Shown piece by piece: positions 12,912-24,798 of a stretch of DNA of 64,000 nt. The stretch covers positions 744,001 through 808,000 of the forward strand of contig CATNEN010000033.1 in assembly GCA_950097015.1 (NCBI GenBank), read 5' to 3'. The translations under genes and the position numbers were made by a program. The DNA comes from Macrostomum hystrix (Eukaryota; Animalia; Platyhelminthes). The notes below the pieces were generated by a model. It searched no databases, was not told the origin of the DNA, and was given only the letters and a program-made list of their open reading frames with translations. Numbering within the stretch: position 1 is the stretch's first letter; each line of letters opens with the position of its first letter.

Positions 12912-15900
12912 AATCTTACATGCACTTCGTCTCTTGGTCATCTACATTGACTATTAATAAGATGACGAAATGTCCAAAAATCTTGTAACAAACATTGTAC
13001 CAAGTAAGAAACATTAAACCTAGGACAGACATATGGACCTACCTACCTACTCAATATAATTAAAAGGGTAGAGCCTAGGTAAATATACTAAGAATGACTA
13101 TAGCCTTGACCAGGGTAGTGCACATTTCATTTCATCTATAATTAAAATGAGGTGATTAGGGCATCTCTTCCTCGACAATTTAGGCCCTACTGCCCCCACT
13201 AAAAGTACTACAAGTATTAGCGTTCGCAATGACACCTTTAGGCCTTCACTATGACCTGTTAGTTCACTACGACCAACAAATAACATAAATGCTGTCACTT
13301 AGATTCCGACTTGAGCAAAAACGTATTTGAAGTACAACAAAAGTTGTCACAGAGAATGTGACTTTTTCGTAATTTAGTATAAAGTAACAATTTACTTTCA
13401 TGATTTTTTCTTTTCATCAAAAAATTGCGTTTTGAATATTTTAGGCCAATGTTTAAAATAACATATTTCCAAGAAAGCAAAACAACAAGACAATTGAAGT
13501 CATTTGTATATTACTGGTTCCATCTTTCATAGTTTTATGGCTTCTCCTTCCTCTCCCTGCCGTTTTCTTCTTTGACTATTAATGTCCTCCTATTAGAAAC
13601 TAATACTATTAGTAATGGCTGAACAGGCTGCTAGTTTATCTTGCTTAATAATTTGCTGTTATTTTGACTGAGTTTGACTGTTTCTCTAAATTATTTCTTC
13701 TGCCACCAAGTTATTAAAGGGTTCTGCTGTCTGCCGCTGAATCTCACTGCTTATCACCAAATGTTTTAGGTCCTTTGCTTATTATATTTGCCATTCTAAC
13801 TCTTATAGTGTTGTGACTGGTATTATTCTAGGCCTTATATTTAGCTATTCATTCACTCTGGATTGTGGTGATCGCCAGAATAGATTGTTTCGGCCACAAT
13901 CAATTTTGGCCTTAGGCCTAACAATTTCCACATTGCACGCTCTAAGTTGATACATTTGATACTTTTTTTCAGTATTTCCTTGATAATTTGATGCATGTTG
14001 ATAGACAACTAAATATACATTAATTCATAATATCATCATTTACCCTTAACTTTTTTAATTAGTGGACACTTTTTATTTTATTTTGGTTTTAGTGATTTTT
14101 TAATCACTTATATGTAAGATTTTAATAACATTTTAACATAAGAGTTACTGTGTTCATAACTGCCATGTATAGGCCTATAGGCCTACTTAAAGTGCTAGGT
14201 GAAAGGCTGCCATCCATGCAAGCTCTCCAAATACAAAATCTAAGCATGCATTTTTGCAATAATTTCATTAGGCCTACAATAGAACTTAATGCTTTTGTAT
14301 TTAAACAGCAACTATTTTCCTAATGATAAGTCAAATTCATCTGATGAAAAACTTTTATAATTGAAAAAAATTATATAGATAGGCCTAGGCCTAACATCTT
14401 GCAATATTTTACAAGTAGGCCAATTAAGTTTTGAGGCTGAAATGGTTTTGGCCGGAAATGATTATTGGCAAAATGACCAACTATTAATCACTATAAACTC
14501 TGTAATTACTGTGTAATCACTGTAATCAGGTTTAAATTCTCTTAGTCTCAGCCTCTAGGTTTTGTGTATTTTGCCTAAAATGGTATATATAATTAACCAG
14601 CTATAAGTCTATGATTTCTTCTTAGACTTGTGTTATTAGAAAAACTGTGTAGTTAAATATATTTGCAATAACATTTTATCCATCCTACCTATGTACCAAT
14701 AGTGCAGTTCCATATGCAAAATTATTATTAGTTTGAATGTGCACTTGCAACATGTGGGAATTTTAAATATGCATTGAAGCACTTAAGTGTCTATAATGGT
14801 AGAGTTTAAAAGAATCAACTATAAACGATGAATGAAACCTCAAACAAGTAATAGTCAGCCAGTACTTAGTAGTAGTTAAGTTAGCATAGTTCAACTGTAG
14901 TAGTGTCAAATCCAATACCAAATGTTGGCAAAAGCACTAGAGGTTCCAGGGTATAGTCAGCGCCAGATAAATTCCTTAATATGCAACTCAAAAAGTCTTA
15001 GGCAGAAATCTCATACCATAGCTGCCATTAACTAGCCAACCCACTACCACACTCTATTGTCTATGGTTATTCCATATACATGCTCAGCTCAGCAAGGGTA
15101 TAACCATATTTCTACTATAGACACTTACTAAAAGCTTCAATGCCATGTCAGCTATGCATATTTAAAACTATCACATGTCACTGGCAGGAATTCAAATAAA
15201 ATATAATCTTGATAACAGAACTGCACTATTGCCACCTTTGTGCTTTACATTTTAAGATCACTATACACTCAGCTGTATTTCATGCACTATTTGCTCATAC
15301 ATGTGCAACCTCTCAAATCTTAGACGGCTGTGTGACTTAGTTTTTGCTCTATTTATGACTTAGTTTGCTCTCATTTGCGACTTAGTTCGTTTCATTGCTC
15401 TATTTACGACTTAGTTTGCTCTCATTTGCTCTCTTTTTCTCTCCCCTTTTTCCTTTTCTTCACGCCTTCCTTTTTGTCCCTTGGTCCCCCCTTTGATTTT
15501 TTTGTGCTTGGTCAATTGGTTTTTGCAACTTACCTTGCTTGGCCCTCGTTTCACCCGGCCGGTTCGGCTGGGTCAGCCAGGTGTTGCGCATGTATGTATT
15601 TGCTTATAGACCCTCAGTACAATACTATTTTTTCTCATAATTTCCCTTTCTTTCTCCCTTATAAAATAACTAATCCTATAGCTATTTTCTAGGACCTAAT
15701 ACAGCAGTTTTTTTATTGTATTATTACTCACTTAATGTGTTGTAAGTTAGGTTGGATTTTTGAGCTTGAAGTTTTAAAATAGTTAAAACATAAATATTTA
15801 TTTCATAGTCAAACAAAATATTTTTTAAAGATAAATTGTATTTTAGCAAGCAATGCAAAAGGCCTAACATTTTTTTAATTGAAACAATTTTAGTGTGAAT

Positions 15901-16542
15901 TTATTTTGGTTGAGGCCTGTTCCAGTAATAGGATAGCAATATTTTCAGTGTTCTATTGTGATATGCCATAAATTGAGTACTCATTACAGTATTATAAGTT
16001 ATAACTAGTTATGAATAAGTCTGAAATATAGCTAGTCCTAAAATGTATATTAAGCTAACTTTTAGAACTTGATTCACAAACTGTCACATGTGCAGCATCA
16101 GTATTTCTTAATCCCTCTTATGTGATTTGAGTAATTGTGACGAAATAAGTTTTCTATGCCAGTTTTTTGTACATTAATTTGCTGCTAAATCAGGGCTTTA
16201 AAAAGAACTGTTAAAGTCAGACTTTTCCTAAATTCTATTAGACAAATATTATAATGGTAATGATTACAATAGACTTGCTAATGTCAGACTTCAGCAAAAG
16301 AAAAATCTATTAAAGCAACAAATAAATTATATTTTTGGAAAGGATTGTTATATGTTAAAGTAATTAACATTTTTTCTGTTTCTTAACAACTTAGTAGGAA
16401 ACTGATAGATAGGCAGATGACCTATTGCACCATTAGAAGAATATGTATTAAAAAATTGCATACATTTTAAAGGTAATTTATTAAAGTATAAATTAATATA
16501 CCATTGCATAAATATTATTGCTATGTGCCTTGTCCGCAGATC

Positions 16543-19225
16543 ATGGGCCCAAGCGATCAGCTGATTAGTGGCTGGAAGCTGACTGTTGCCCTATGCTCAG
16601 TGGCCAACTTCATCAACTCAGCAGATCGTGTCATTATGCCAATTGCCATCATCCAGATGGCTGACGCTTATCATTGGAGCCTGCACGATCAGGGCGCGAT
16701 CTTGTCCGCCTTCTCCATTGGCTACCTGGCCTCCATGCTGATTGGTGGAGCGGCTGCCAGGCAGTACGGCGGCAAGCTGGTGCTGACTGTGGCCGTGTTT
16801 CTTTGGTCGCTGTCAACTTTCATGGCGCCGCTGTGCGCCAATTGGTTCGGCGCCCTCATTGCCTGCCGTGTCCTGCTAGGCATTGGCGAAGGCCTCGGCC
16901 TGCCGTCTATATTCCACCTGTTCGCCCTGCGCGTCCCCGCCGAGATGCGGTCGACAGCGTTCGGCTACCTGGTGGCATTCGGCTCCGCCGGCCAGACCAT
17001 CGCCGCCCTGGCGTGCCCGCACCTGCCCTGGCAGATGCCGTTCTATGGCTTCGGCTGCCTAGGCCTAGCCTGGGCCCTCATCTGGCTGATTATCTACAGG
17101 GAGGCCGCCTCGCCGTCTCAACAACAACAACAGCAGCATCACCTTTATCATCAGCAGCAGAATTCTTCGAAATCATCTGCTGCCGACGAGTCTGGCTTTC
17201 ATGCTTTCGACTCACAGGTTGGGCTTCTAGTTCTTTTTCTGACACTAATTTGACCGTGTTTGTCACTCAATTGCCTGTCTCCTATCGTCTCCTTGCCAGT
17301 TTTTGTTTATGCCCTAGCCTGTCTTTGCTATTTCCTAGGCCCTCTTCGTTATTCCCTAGTCCGTCTTTGTCAGTCTTTGTCATTCTCTAGATCAGTCTTC
17401 AGCATCCCGTATCAGTAGCCCTAGCCAGTCTCTCCTTAGTTCCCTCGTCAGTCATCCTCTAAGGCTTTTCAACGTGCTTTGCGTGCCCGTCAGCTCGCGA
17501 ATAATTCACTAATTTTACACAGGGAGCGGCAAGCGTGCGCTGGACTGAATTCATCGGCCACTGGCCGCTGTGGGCCATCTACATTGCCCACTTCACAATG
17601 AACTGGTCAAACTATATCATTATGAACTGGCTGCCAACATATCTGTCAAAGACTCTTGGCGCGGATCAGCACCAGATCATGTTCACGGCCGTGCCCTATA
17701 TACTGAACTCCATTGTTGGCATTGGTTAGTGATATCTAACATTGTCTGCTTCCGCTACTTTTAGATTGCTTGCATTTTAACAAATATGCCCTATTTCAGT
17801 TGGTGTAGTTTGTCGATAGTCCATTTTATTGGTAGTTTCATTATAAACAAAAGCTAAAGTTAGCTTTCTCTATGTCACTATGTCAATTGAACATATTGAA
17901 ATGACACTTGGTCATCATCATTACTTAGTATTGAACTTTAATAAACATAATATATGCATAGTTAAAGTAATATTGCATATATATTGCTTATGAGCTTCTA
18001 TGACTATATTTTGCAAGCCGCCGGCTACTTCTCGGACGCTCTCATTCGGGACCGCTGGACAGCCCTGTCTGTTCGCCGCCTCATGACTTTCATCGGCCTA
18101 GTCGGACCCGGGCTGCTCATCCTGCTGTTTGCCGGCTCCAACAGCATCGCCCTGGCTGTTTTGTGAGTTGAGCGGAAAAAATTCGTTCTTCTAGAGTAAA
18201 ATCTGGAAAATTCAATTATCGCGTATCGTTTCACCCATTCACCCATCCTTACCATCAATTCACCCATCACTACAATGTATATACACATCCTTAGTATCCA
18301 TTGACCCATCCATAGTATCCATTGACCCATCCATAGTATCCATTGACCCATCCATAGTATCCATTGACCCATCCATAGTATCCATTGACCCATCCATAGT
18401 ATCCATTGACCCATCCATAGTATCCATTGACCCATCCATAGTATCCATTGACCCATCCATAGTATCCATTGACCCATCCATAGTATCCATTGACCCATCC
18501 ATAGTATCCATTGACCCATCCATAGTATCCATTGACCCATCCATAGTATCCATTGACCCATCCATAGTATCCATTGACCCATCCATAGTATCCATTGACC
18601 CATCCATAGTATCCATTGACCCATCCTTAGTATCCATTGACCCATCCATAGTATCCATTGACCCATCCATAGTATCCATTCACCCATCCATAGTATCCAT
18701 TGACCCGTCCTTAGTATCCATTCACCCATCCATAGTATCCATTGACCCATCCTTAGTTTCCATTGACCCATCCTTAGTTTCCATTGACCCATCCTTAGTT
18801 TCCATTGACCCATTTTGAAGCGCAGCCTCGGAGAGAAGGCTTGGGCGCTTGTCGTGAAATTTACGCCCTACGTGCGATTCACCCTTCCTAGTCATTGTTC
18901 ACCCACTCCTGACCATCGGTTCATCCAATGAATCCATACTTGTTCCAACGCAGCTTCATCTCGCTGTCTATGGGCCTATCCGCCTGCAACTCTTCCGGCC
19001 ACCTGGCCAATCACGCAGAGGTGGCGCCCCTCCACGCCGGCATCACATTCGCCGTCTCAAACGCCCTGGCCACGATTCCTGGCGTGCTGTGCGGCCCTCT
19101 AACTGCAGGAACTCGTTACAAAAAGCGGCGGTCGCTGGTTCCCAGTGTACATTTTGGCCGGACTGATGAACCTTGTTGGCGCCATCGTTTATGTTAGCCA
19201 GAGCTCCGCTACCCAGGTTCTGTAA
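16543..19225 (+). CDS. SLC17-family MFS anion/solute transporter, 4 exons, ~430 aa (one +1 frameshift in exon 4)
   Basis: Exons 16543-17217, 17523-17724, 18018-18162, 18954-19225 with GT-AG sites and matching phases. MFS motifs ANFINSADRVIMPIAI, CRVLLGIGEG, NWSNYIIMNWLPTYL, ANHAEVAPLHAG. An extra G at 19108-19109 interrupts ...PLTA-ELVTKSGGRWFPVYILAG...QVL*. Confidence 0.88.
18288..18813. repeat. Intronic tandem array, 21-bp unit CCATAGTATCCATTGACCCAT, ~25 copies
   Basis: In intron 3 of the SLC17 gene; accounts for ORFs 18025..18813 and 18260..18679. Confidence 0.97.
18820..18869 (+). mobile_element. Internal fragment of SINE family A
   Basis: 44/50 identity to the reverse complement of 42558-42607. 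Confidence 0.75.
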
Positions 19226-19374
19226 TCTGTGAGGTTGGATTTGGCTACTGAATCAACTTCTCTCGACCTGACGACATTCCAAAAACCTTTTTAATGTACA
19301 GAAATACAGGTTTTTTATTTCAATGTTATTTCCTCAGATCCTCCCGTGCGTCTACTGTAATCCCTCTAGATACA

Positions 19375-19895
19375 TGAGCATCGAAAATGACCCCCATTAG
19401 ATCCCTGAGCATCGAAAATGACCCCATTAGATCCCTGAGCATCGAAAATGACCCCATTAGATCCCTGAGCATCGAAAATGATCCTATTAGATCCCTGAGC
19501 ATCGAAAATGACCCCATTAGATCCCTGAGCATCGACAATGATCCCATTAGATCCCTGAGCATCGACAATGATCCCATTAGATCCCTGAGCATCGACAATG
19601 ATCCCATTAGATCCCTAAGCATCGACAATGATCCCATTAGATCCCTGAGCATCGACAATGATCCCATGAGATCACTGAGCATCGACAATGATCCCATTAG
19701 ATCCCTGAGCATCGACAATGATCCCATTAGATCCCTGAGCATCGACAATGATCCCATGAGATCACTGAGCATCGACAATGATCCCATGAGATCACTGAGC
19801 ATCGACAATGATCCCATGAGATCACTGAGCATCGACAATGATCCCATGAGATCACTGAGCATCGACAATGATCCCATTAGATACCTGAGTAATCG
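19375..19895. repeat. Tandem array, 30-bp unit ATCGACAATGATCCCATTAGATCCCTGAGC, ~17 copies
   Basis: Direct reading, ~150 bp downstream of the SLC17 stop. Confidence 0.97.
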
Positions 19896-20379
19896 ACAAT
19901 TACCTTCTCAGATCCCTGATCAACGAAAACTATACCCTCGAATCCCGGTGCATCGACATTATCCCCTCGGATCCCCTTTAGGCATCGACAATTATTCACC
20001 CATCCCTAGTAGCCCCCTCAATCCCCCTCAATCAATAGAAATTATCCCCCTTAAATGTCCTTTCACAAAGCATTGCGAACAAGGTGAAGAGAGAAGCAGC
20101 AGAATGGTGATGTTTTTAGTAAAACGAATTCCTATCGCACTGCAGTTAGCATGCTGTGCATCTTAATAATATCGCTATTATTGCATATTTTACTTATGCC
20201 AGAGAACACAGTGGAATTTAAATAAGTAGCTTTTGTGTGTAGTTTCTTTGCATTTTTAATAAATAAACAACAATACTAATTTTCTGCTAATGATCTCGAT
20301 GTCCTCAGAAGTAGAAGTTAAATTAATTAAGTTGTATTATAGTAATAGTTTATAGAGATTTTCCCAGAAAAGTTTTTGG

Positions 20380-20830
20380 CAGCGCCTGAATGCAAACTGC
20401 GTTGGGTGGTGACTGGTTGGTTGGCAGACTAGGCGATGGTGTCCTGTGGTTGAACTGCGCCTAATATTTAGGCTTGATCAGTGAAATTGGTGAAATTCGC
20501 GTCAGGGTGTCCATAGTGGCCTAGTTCCACCTGTTGTAGACCTTGAAGGTCCAGCAAATCCGTCTAGATAAAGGTAGGTGACCAGCGAAGACGGAGATGA
20601 TGCAGGCACATTCGGGTGACATGCTGATCAATTATATAGTGATGTATGAAATACACTAGCGCTTATGGAAAAAATCTGACCTTCGGCCAGAAACATTGAA
20701 TATCTCGACGGTCTGAAAAGCTGGCGACTTGATTCTTGTTTTAGAAGATGCACAACTAAAAGTTGGCCCGTGTTCTTGAGTTTCGTGTGCTTGCAAATGA
20801 TATAAAAATTGCGTTGTTCCGTTCTGGGAG
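20380..20830. repeat. Dispersed repeat, copy 1 (module A inverted 20380-20535, module B 20545-20830)
   Basis: TTCGGCCAGAAACATTGAATATCTCGACGGTCT at 20682-20714 matches 28918-28950 at 32/33. 20425-20436 and 20470-20481 are exact reverse complements of 28683-28694 and 28640-28651. Confidence 0.85.
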
Positions 20831-20909
20831 CCCTGTATGGCTAGTCAGTGATTGAAATTCATCACCTGTATTTCGTCAGAATGCTCTAACTCATTATCTG
20901 TGACTCTGC

Positions 20910-20944
20910 GGGGCGGACAGACCGGGGCGGACAGACCGGGGCGG
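20910..20944 (+). promoter_or_regulatory. Three GC boxes (GGGGCGG) in a 14-bp micro-repeat, ~1 kb upstream of the zinc-finger gene
   Basis: GGGGCGGACAGACC x2.5. Function is inferred only from the Sp/KLF consensus. Confidence 0.25.
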
Positions 20945-21289
20945 ATGTTGGGATATTAACTAAATATCCCCATCAATCTACACAGTCTAGTATATTTCAT
21001 AGTGGAAAATATTTGGAATGCTTTTTTTGCACAAAGCTTTATGACATGTACTTTTATTATTGCTTCTCAATCTATATATTTCTAGTTTTTTAAACTTGTT
21101 TTTATATCATATCTGTGTGCAGCTTTCATAGTTTTCATATTTTTTTAGTTCATATCAGTAGCTCGTACAAATATAAGTGCATATTTGATAGCTTTGAGAT
21201 CGCTTCCTGAAAGCAACTGCTCTATTTGCAGACGGGCTTTGCTATTTCCTATCCAGTTTTTTTATATTTGAACTTTGCTTTCCCTATGG

Positions 21290-21828
21290 CAGTGTGCTCA
21301 CAACAGACAGCACTGTGCTCACAACAGACACAGCACTGAGCTCACAACAGACACAGCACTGAGCTCACAACAGACACAGCACTGAGCTCACAACAGACAC
21401 AGCACTGAGCTCACAACAGACACAGCACTGAGCTCACAACAGACACAGCACTGTGCTCACAACAGACACAGCACTGTGCTCACAACAGACACAGCACTGA
21501 GCTCACAACAGACACAGCACTGTGCTCACAACAGACACAGCACTGAGCTCACAACAGACACAGCACTGAGCTCACAACAGACACAGCACTGAGCTCACAA
21601 CAGACACAGCACTGTGCTCACAACAGACGCAGCACTGTGCTCACAACAGACACAGCACTGTGCTCACAACAGACACAGCACTGAGCTCACAACAGACACA
21701 GCACTGTGCTCACAACAGACACAGCACTGAGCTCACAACAGACACAGCACTGAGCTCACAACAGACACAGCACTGAGCTCACAACAGACACAGCACTGAG
21801 CTCACAACAGACACAGCACTGAGCTCAT
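21290..21828. repeat. Tandem array, 23-bp unit CAGCACTG(A/T)GCTCACAACAGACA, ~23 copies
   Basis: Direct reading. Confidence 0.97.
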
Positions 21829-21935
21829 AAATAGCTCTTAAATAATAAACAGATCAAACTTTTTTTGAAACTAAAAAATCTAAACCTAAAATTTCGTTGC
21901 AGCCGATTCGCAAGCGTCTTCAACAATGGCAGCCT

Positions 21936-23738
21936 ATGGAGCTGCTGCAGCAGCAGCAGTCAGCGAGCTATCGCCCCTACTCCGGAGGCGGCGGTCGCGA
22001 TATGCACTTCTGTCCAGCCTGTCGGCATGTTTACCTACGCCGGGTCCACTGGGAGCTGCATCGCCGACCCGGAGCTGATTGTCACGAGGATTCCGCAACC
22101 CCCAGGACTGCAGCTTGTGAGTACTGCCCCGCCAGCTTCATCACGCAGACCGAGCTGCTCAGTCATCGCTTTGCCGTACACGAATCTCTGCACATCTGGT
22201 GCCCGACCTGCAAGCTGCTGTTTAGCTCGCGCCGCATGTTCAGCCAGCATGTCGACTGCCATCGGGCCGCGGAAGCCGCCTCCGCAGCGCCCAGTCTCGA
22301 GGAGCTGATCGCCGATTCACACGAAGGTCATCGAAATTTTGAAAAATGCCTGGAAGTCTGCCGCTACTGTGAGCTCACCTGCCCCGCCGACCACCCAATC
22401 GGCAACCAGCTGCCCGCCCACATCGAGGCCGCGCACGCCGACGACGCCGTCTATTGGCTGGCGCCGCTCACCCGGCCTGAGAGTGTCGACGCCTGGCTGC
22501 GCTTTCTCGACTGTCGCGCCGGTGACTCCGCTTCGGCGGCCGCCTGCGGCATCTGCCGAGAATGGATTCACTTGGGCCCGGCCGGCGATCCCGAGCCACT
22601 GTACCTCCACCTGCTCCGCTCGCATCATCCGCCTGATCAGGCCGGTCGTGCCTTTCGCTGCGTGGCGTGCCCAGCGTCCAGTCACACCGCCGCTGCAGCC
22701 ACTTCGCACTTCTGGCTGCGCCACTGCCAGCGACACCGCACAAGGTGTCCTCGGTGCTGCCGCATGGTTGCCCAGGGCGTCCGGCACAGCTGCCGACACC
22801 GGCTAGCTGGCGGCCGTCGTCTCTGCCTCGGCTGCGGTCGCGAGTTCGCGTCACTAGGTGCTCTGCGGCAGCATCGCCTGCAGACGGGCGTCAGCGACCC
22901 CGCCGTTGCCGCCGCTTGCCGTGCCGCCGCCGCCCGGCCGCGTTGCATTCGCTCCTGCGAGCACTGCGGCCGACGCTTCATCGACCGCGCCAATCTGCTC
23001 CGACACCGCCGCATCCACGCTGCCAATCGGCTCTACCGCTGTCCGCACTGCGTTGCCGCCTTCTCCGACTTCAGCAACTTGGCTAAGCACTGCGTCAATC
23101 GGCATCCGCGCCAGGCCCTCCTCAGCTGCCGTTTCGAGCAATGCCATTTTGCCTGCAACCGAGTGCCCGACATGCGAGCTCACCTGGCCGACTGCCACTC
23201 CGACTCGGTCTCTGCCGCGGATCTGCGGCGCGTCCTTCGCTTCCTAGGCATTGTCAATCAGTCCAGCGATTTTGGCGACGGTGCCGGCGGCAACACTGCC
23301 GGAGCTGGCGCCGGTGTTCCTGAAGGCGGCCGCGTGGCCCCTGTTCGAGAACGCCGCTCCCGGCTGTCGTCGCAGTTTCTGTCGGCGCCATCGGGCGATT
23401 TCCTTCCGTCAATGGGCACAGCCGCCGCCGCCACCGCCGCCGCTGCTGCTGCTGGGGTGCCAGCTGATGCCAGCCAAGTTGCTGAGGAAGCCGTCAAGAA
23501 GTTTCCGTCTGCATTCAGCATAGTGCAAGTCGGCTGCGCTTTGGCCTTAGTCGCCACCGAGCCCGCCGCCTCCGACGATCTAACGACATCTGGCGTCGAT
23601 ATTGTTAACGACGTCGATGTGGGAAGCGGCGGTGACGGCTTCGGCACCAACAATGGAGGCCTCAGAAACGTTGCTCAGACTGGGGCAACCGGCAGTCAAA
23701 CCATCACCAAGTGGCTGGATCTGGGCGATACTGAATAG
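21936..23738 (+). CDS. Multi-C2H2 zinc-finger protein, single coding exon, ~600 aa
   Basis: Uninterrupted ORF with repeated CxxC...HxxxH motifs (CEYCPASFITQTELLSHRFAVH, CEHCGRRFIDRANLLRHRRIH, CPHCVAAFSDFSNLAKHCVNRH). First in-frame ATG at 21936, downstream of acceptor-like TTTCGTTGCAG; AATAAA at 23800. Confidence 0.9.
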   Translation: MELLQQQQSASYRPYSGGGGRDMHFCPACRHVYLRRVHWELHRRPGADCHEDSATPRTAACEYCPASFITQTELLSHRFAVHESLHIWCPTCKLLFSSRRMFSQHVDCHRAAEAASAAPSLEELIADSHEGHRNFEKCLEVCRYCELTCPADHPIGNQLPAHIEAAHADDAVYWLAPLTRPESVDAWLRFLDCRAGDSASAAACGICREWIHLGPAGDPEPLYLHLLRSHHPPDQAGRAFRCVACPASSHTAAAATSHFWLRHCQRHRTRCPRCCRMVAQGVRHSCRHRLAGGRRLCLGCGREFASLGALRQHRLQTGVSDPAVAAACRAAAARPRCIRSCEHCGRRFIDRANLLRHRRIHAANRLYRCPHCVAAFSDFSNLAKHCVNRHPRQALLSCRFEQCHFACNRVPDMRAHLADCHSDSVSAADLRRVLRFLGIVNQSSDFGDGAGGNTAGAGAGVPEGGRVAPVRERRSRLSSQFLSAPSGDFLPSMGTAAAATAAAAAAGVPADASQVAEEAVKKFPSAFSIVQVGCALALVATEPAASDDLTTSGVDIVNDVDVGSGGDGFGTNNGGLRNVAQTGATGSQTITKWLDLGDTE

Positions 23739-23799
23739 CTAGCGGCAATAATATTAGTGCACAGAATTCTGACTACTCTCAGTAGTGCAGGAAGGTCAC

Positions 23800-23805
23800 A
23801 ATAAA
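23800..23805 (+). terminator. Putative polyadenylation signal of the zinc-finger gene
   Basis: AATAAA 62 nt after TGA. Confidence 0.45.
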
Positions 23806-24174
23806 ACATCACGGCTCTGTGTTACGCTAAATTAAACTTAAATAAAACCTTACAAGTCTTTCTCTGTTGTTTAAAATTCTAACAAAATGCTTCGTTAGTA
23901 TTGTTATTTTATCAACTAAGGATCATCTGGATTTTGTTGACTGCTAGAAAGTAAAGCTCAAATTAGTTCTCTTTGTACTCATATTTTCCAGCAGTCCTCG
24001 GTGGCCCGCAGCGATCAGCCACCTCAGCATCGTCGCCGACGCCCGCTAGCAGCAGCGGCAGTCGGCACGCCGAGGCCAATAATTAGGATAGCGTCCCTAG
24101 CAACTGTCAGCTCGTTCAGGCTGCTTCGGAAGCACCGAGTTCGCCTGCACTACCAATATTACTCGGACAACTCG

Positions 24175-24798
24175 ATGCGGACTTTTGACGCGACGCGCAG
24201 CCACCAGCTGGTGGCGAACGCCACCGTATTCAGTGGACCACCTGCGCCGCCGCTGCCGCCTCGCCCGCCTGAAACCACAGCCGTCATCCGCGATCGGGTC
24301 CAGCTGCAGCCGTCTGTCACGCCCGCGGACACGCTGGATCCGCTCACACAGCAGGGCATCGTCACCCTGCTGCTCATTGTCAGCTTGTGCACCGTGCTCA
24401 TGCTCGTGTTCTGGAAGTTTGTCCGGCATCACAAAGACCTGGCCCTCGAGCGCCACCTGCAGCTGATTGAGCGGGTCCGATTCCAGCAGGCCCTTCAAGC
24501 TCGCCTGCGCTGCTGCGCCACCGATGTTGAACTCATCGGATTGGACGCCTCAGCCGTCCAATCAGATTTTAGCGGCCTTCGCCTACTGCCGCCTTTTCGC
24601 TTCTCAGCCGCTGCGGCTTCGGCGGCCTACTCGCCCTACAGACTACCGCCGCCACCGCCGGCTCTGTCGCCGCCTAGGTCAGTGTCGCCGCCTCCGCCCT
24701 ACAGTCCGTACTGCATCGACGGTGGCAGCTTTGGAGCTCGCCTGCTGCAGCAGCCGCCGCCAATGAGCGAGTCGCCGCCTCCGCCGTACGCTGACTGA
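24175..24798 (+). CDS. Single-pass membrane protein with Pro-rich cytoplasmic tail and two PPxY motifs (~207 aa; N-terminus uncertain)
   Basis: GC-rich ORF 24001..24798, first ATG at 24175. N-glycosylation sequon NAT, TM segment GIVTLLLIVSLCTVLMLVFW followed by KFVRHHK, then PPPPY twice. Acceptor-like TTTTCCAGCAG at 23985-23994. Confidence 0.75.
   Translation: MRTFDATRSHQLVANATVFSGPPAPPLPPRPPETTAVIRDRVQLQPSVTPADTLDPLTQQGIVTLLLIVSLCTVLMLVFWKFVRHHKDLALERHLQLIERVRFQQALQARLRCCATDVELIGLDASAVQSDFSGLRLLPPFRFSAAAASAAYSPYRLPPPPPALSPPRSVSPPPPYSPYCIDGGSFGARLLQQPPPMSESPPPPYAD

Noticed and set aside
21865-24766. Many overlapping alternative-frame and antisense ORFs over GC-rich exons (also in ALS2, TMCO4 and the LINE)
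   Set aside because: Expected shadow ORFs of high-GC coding DNA; only one frame has recognisable domains, except where +1 shifts link frames.
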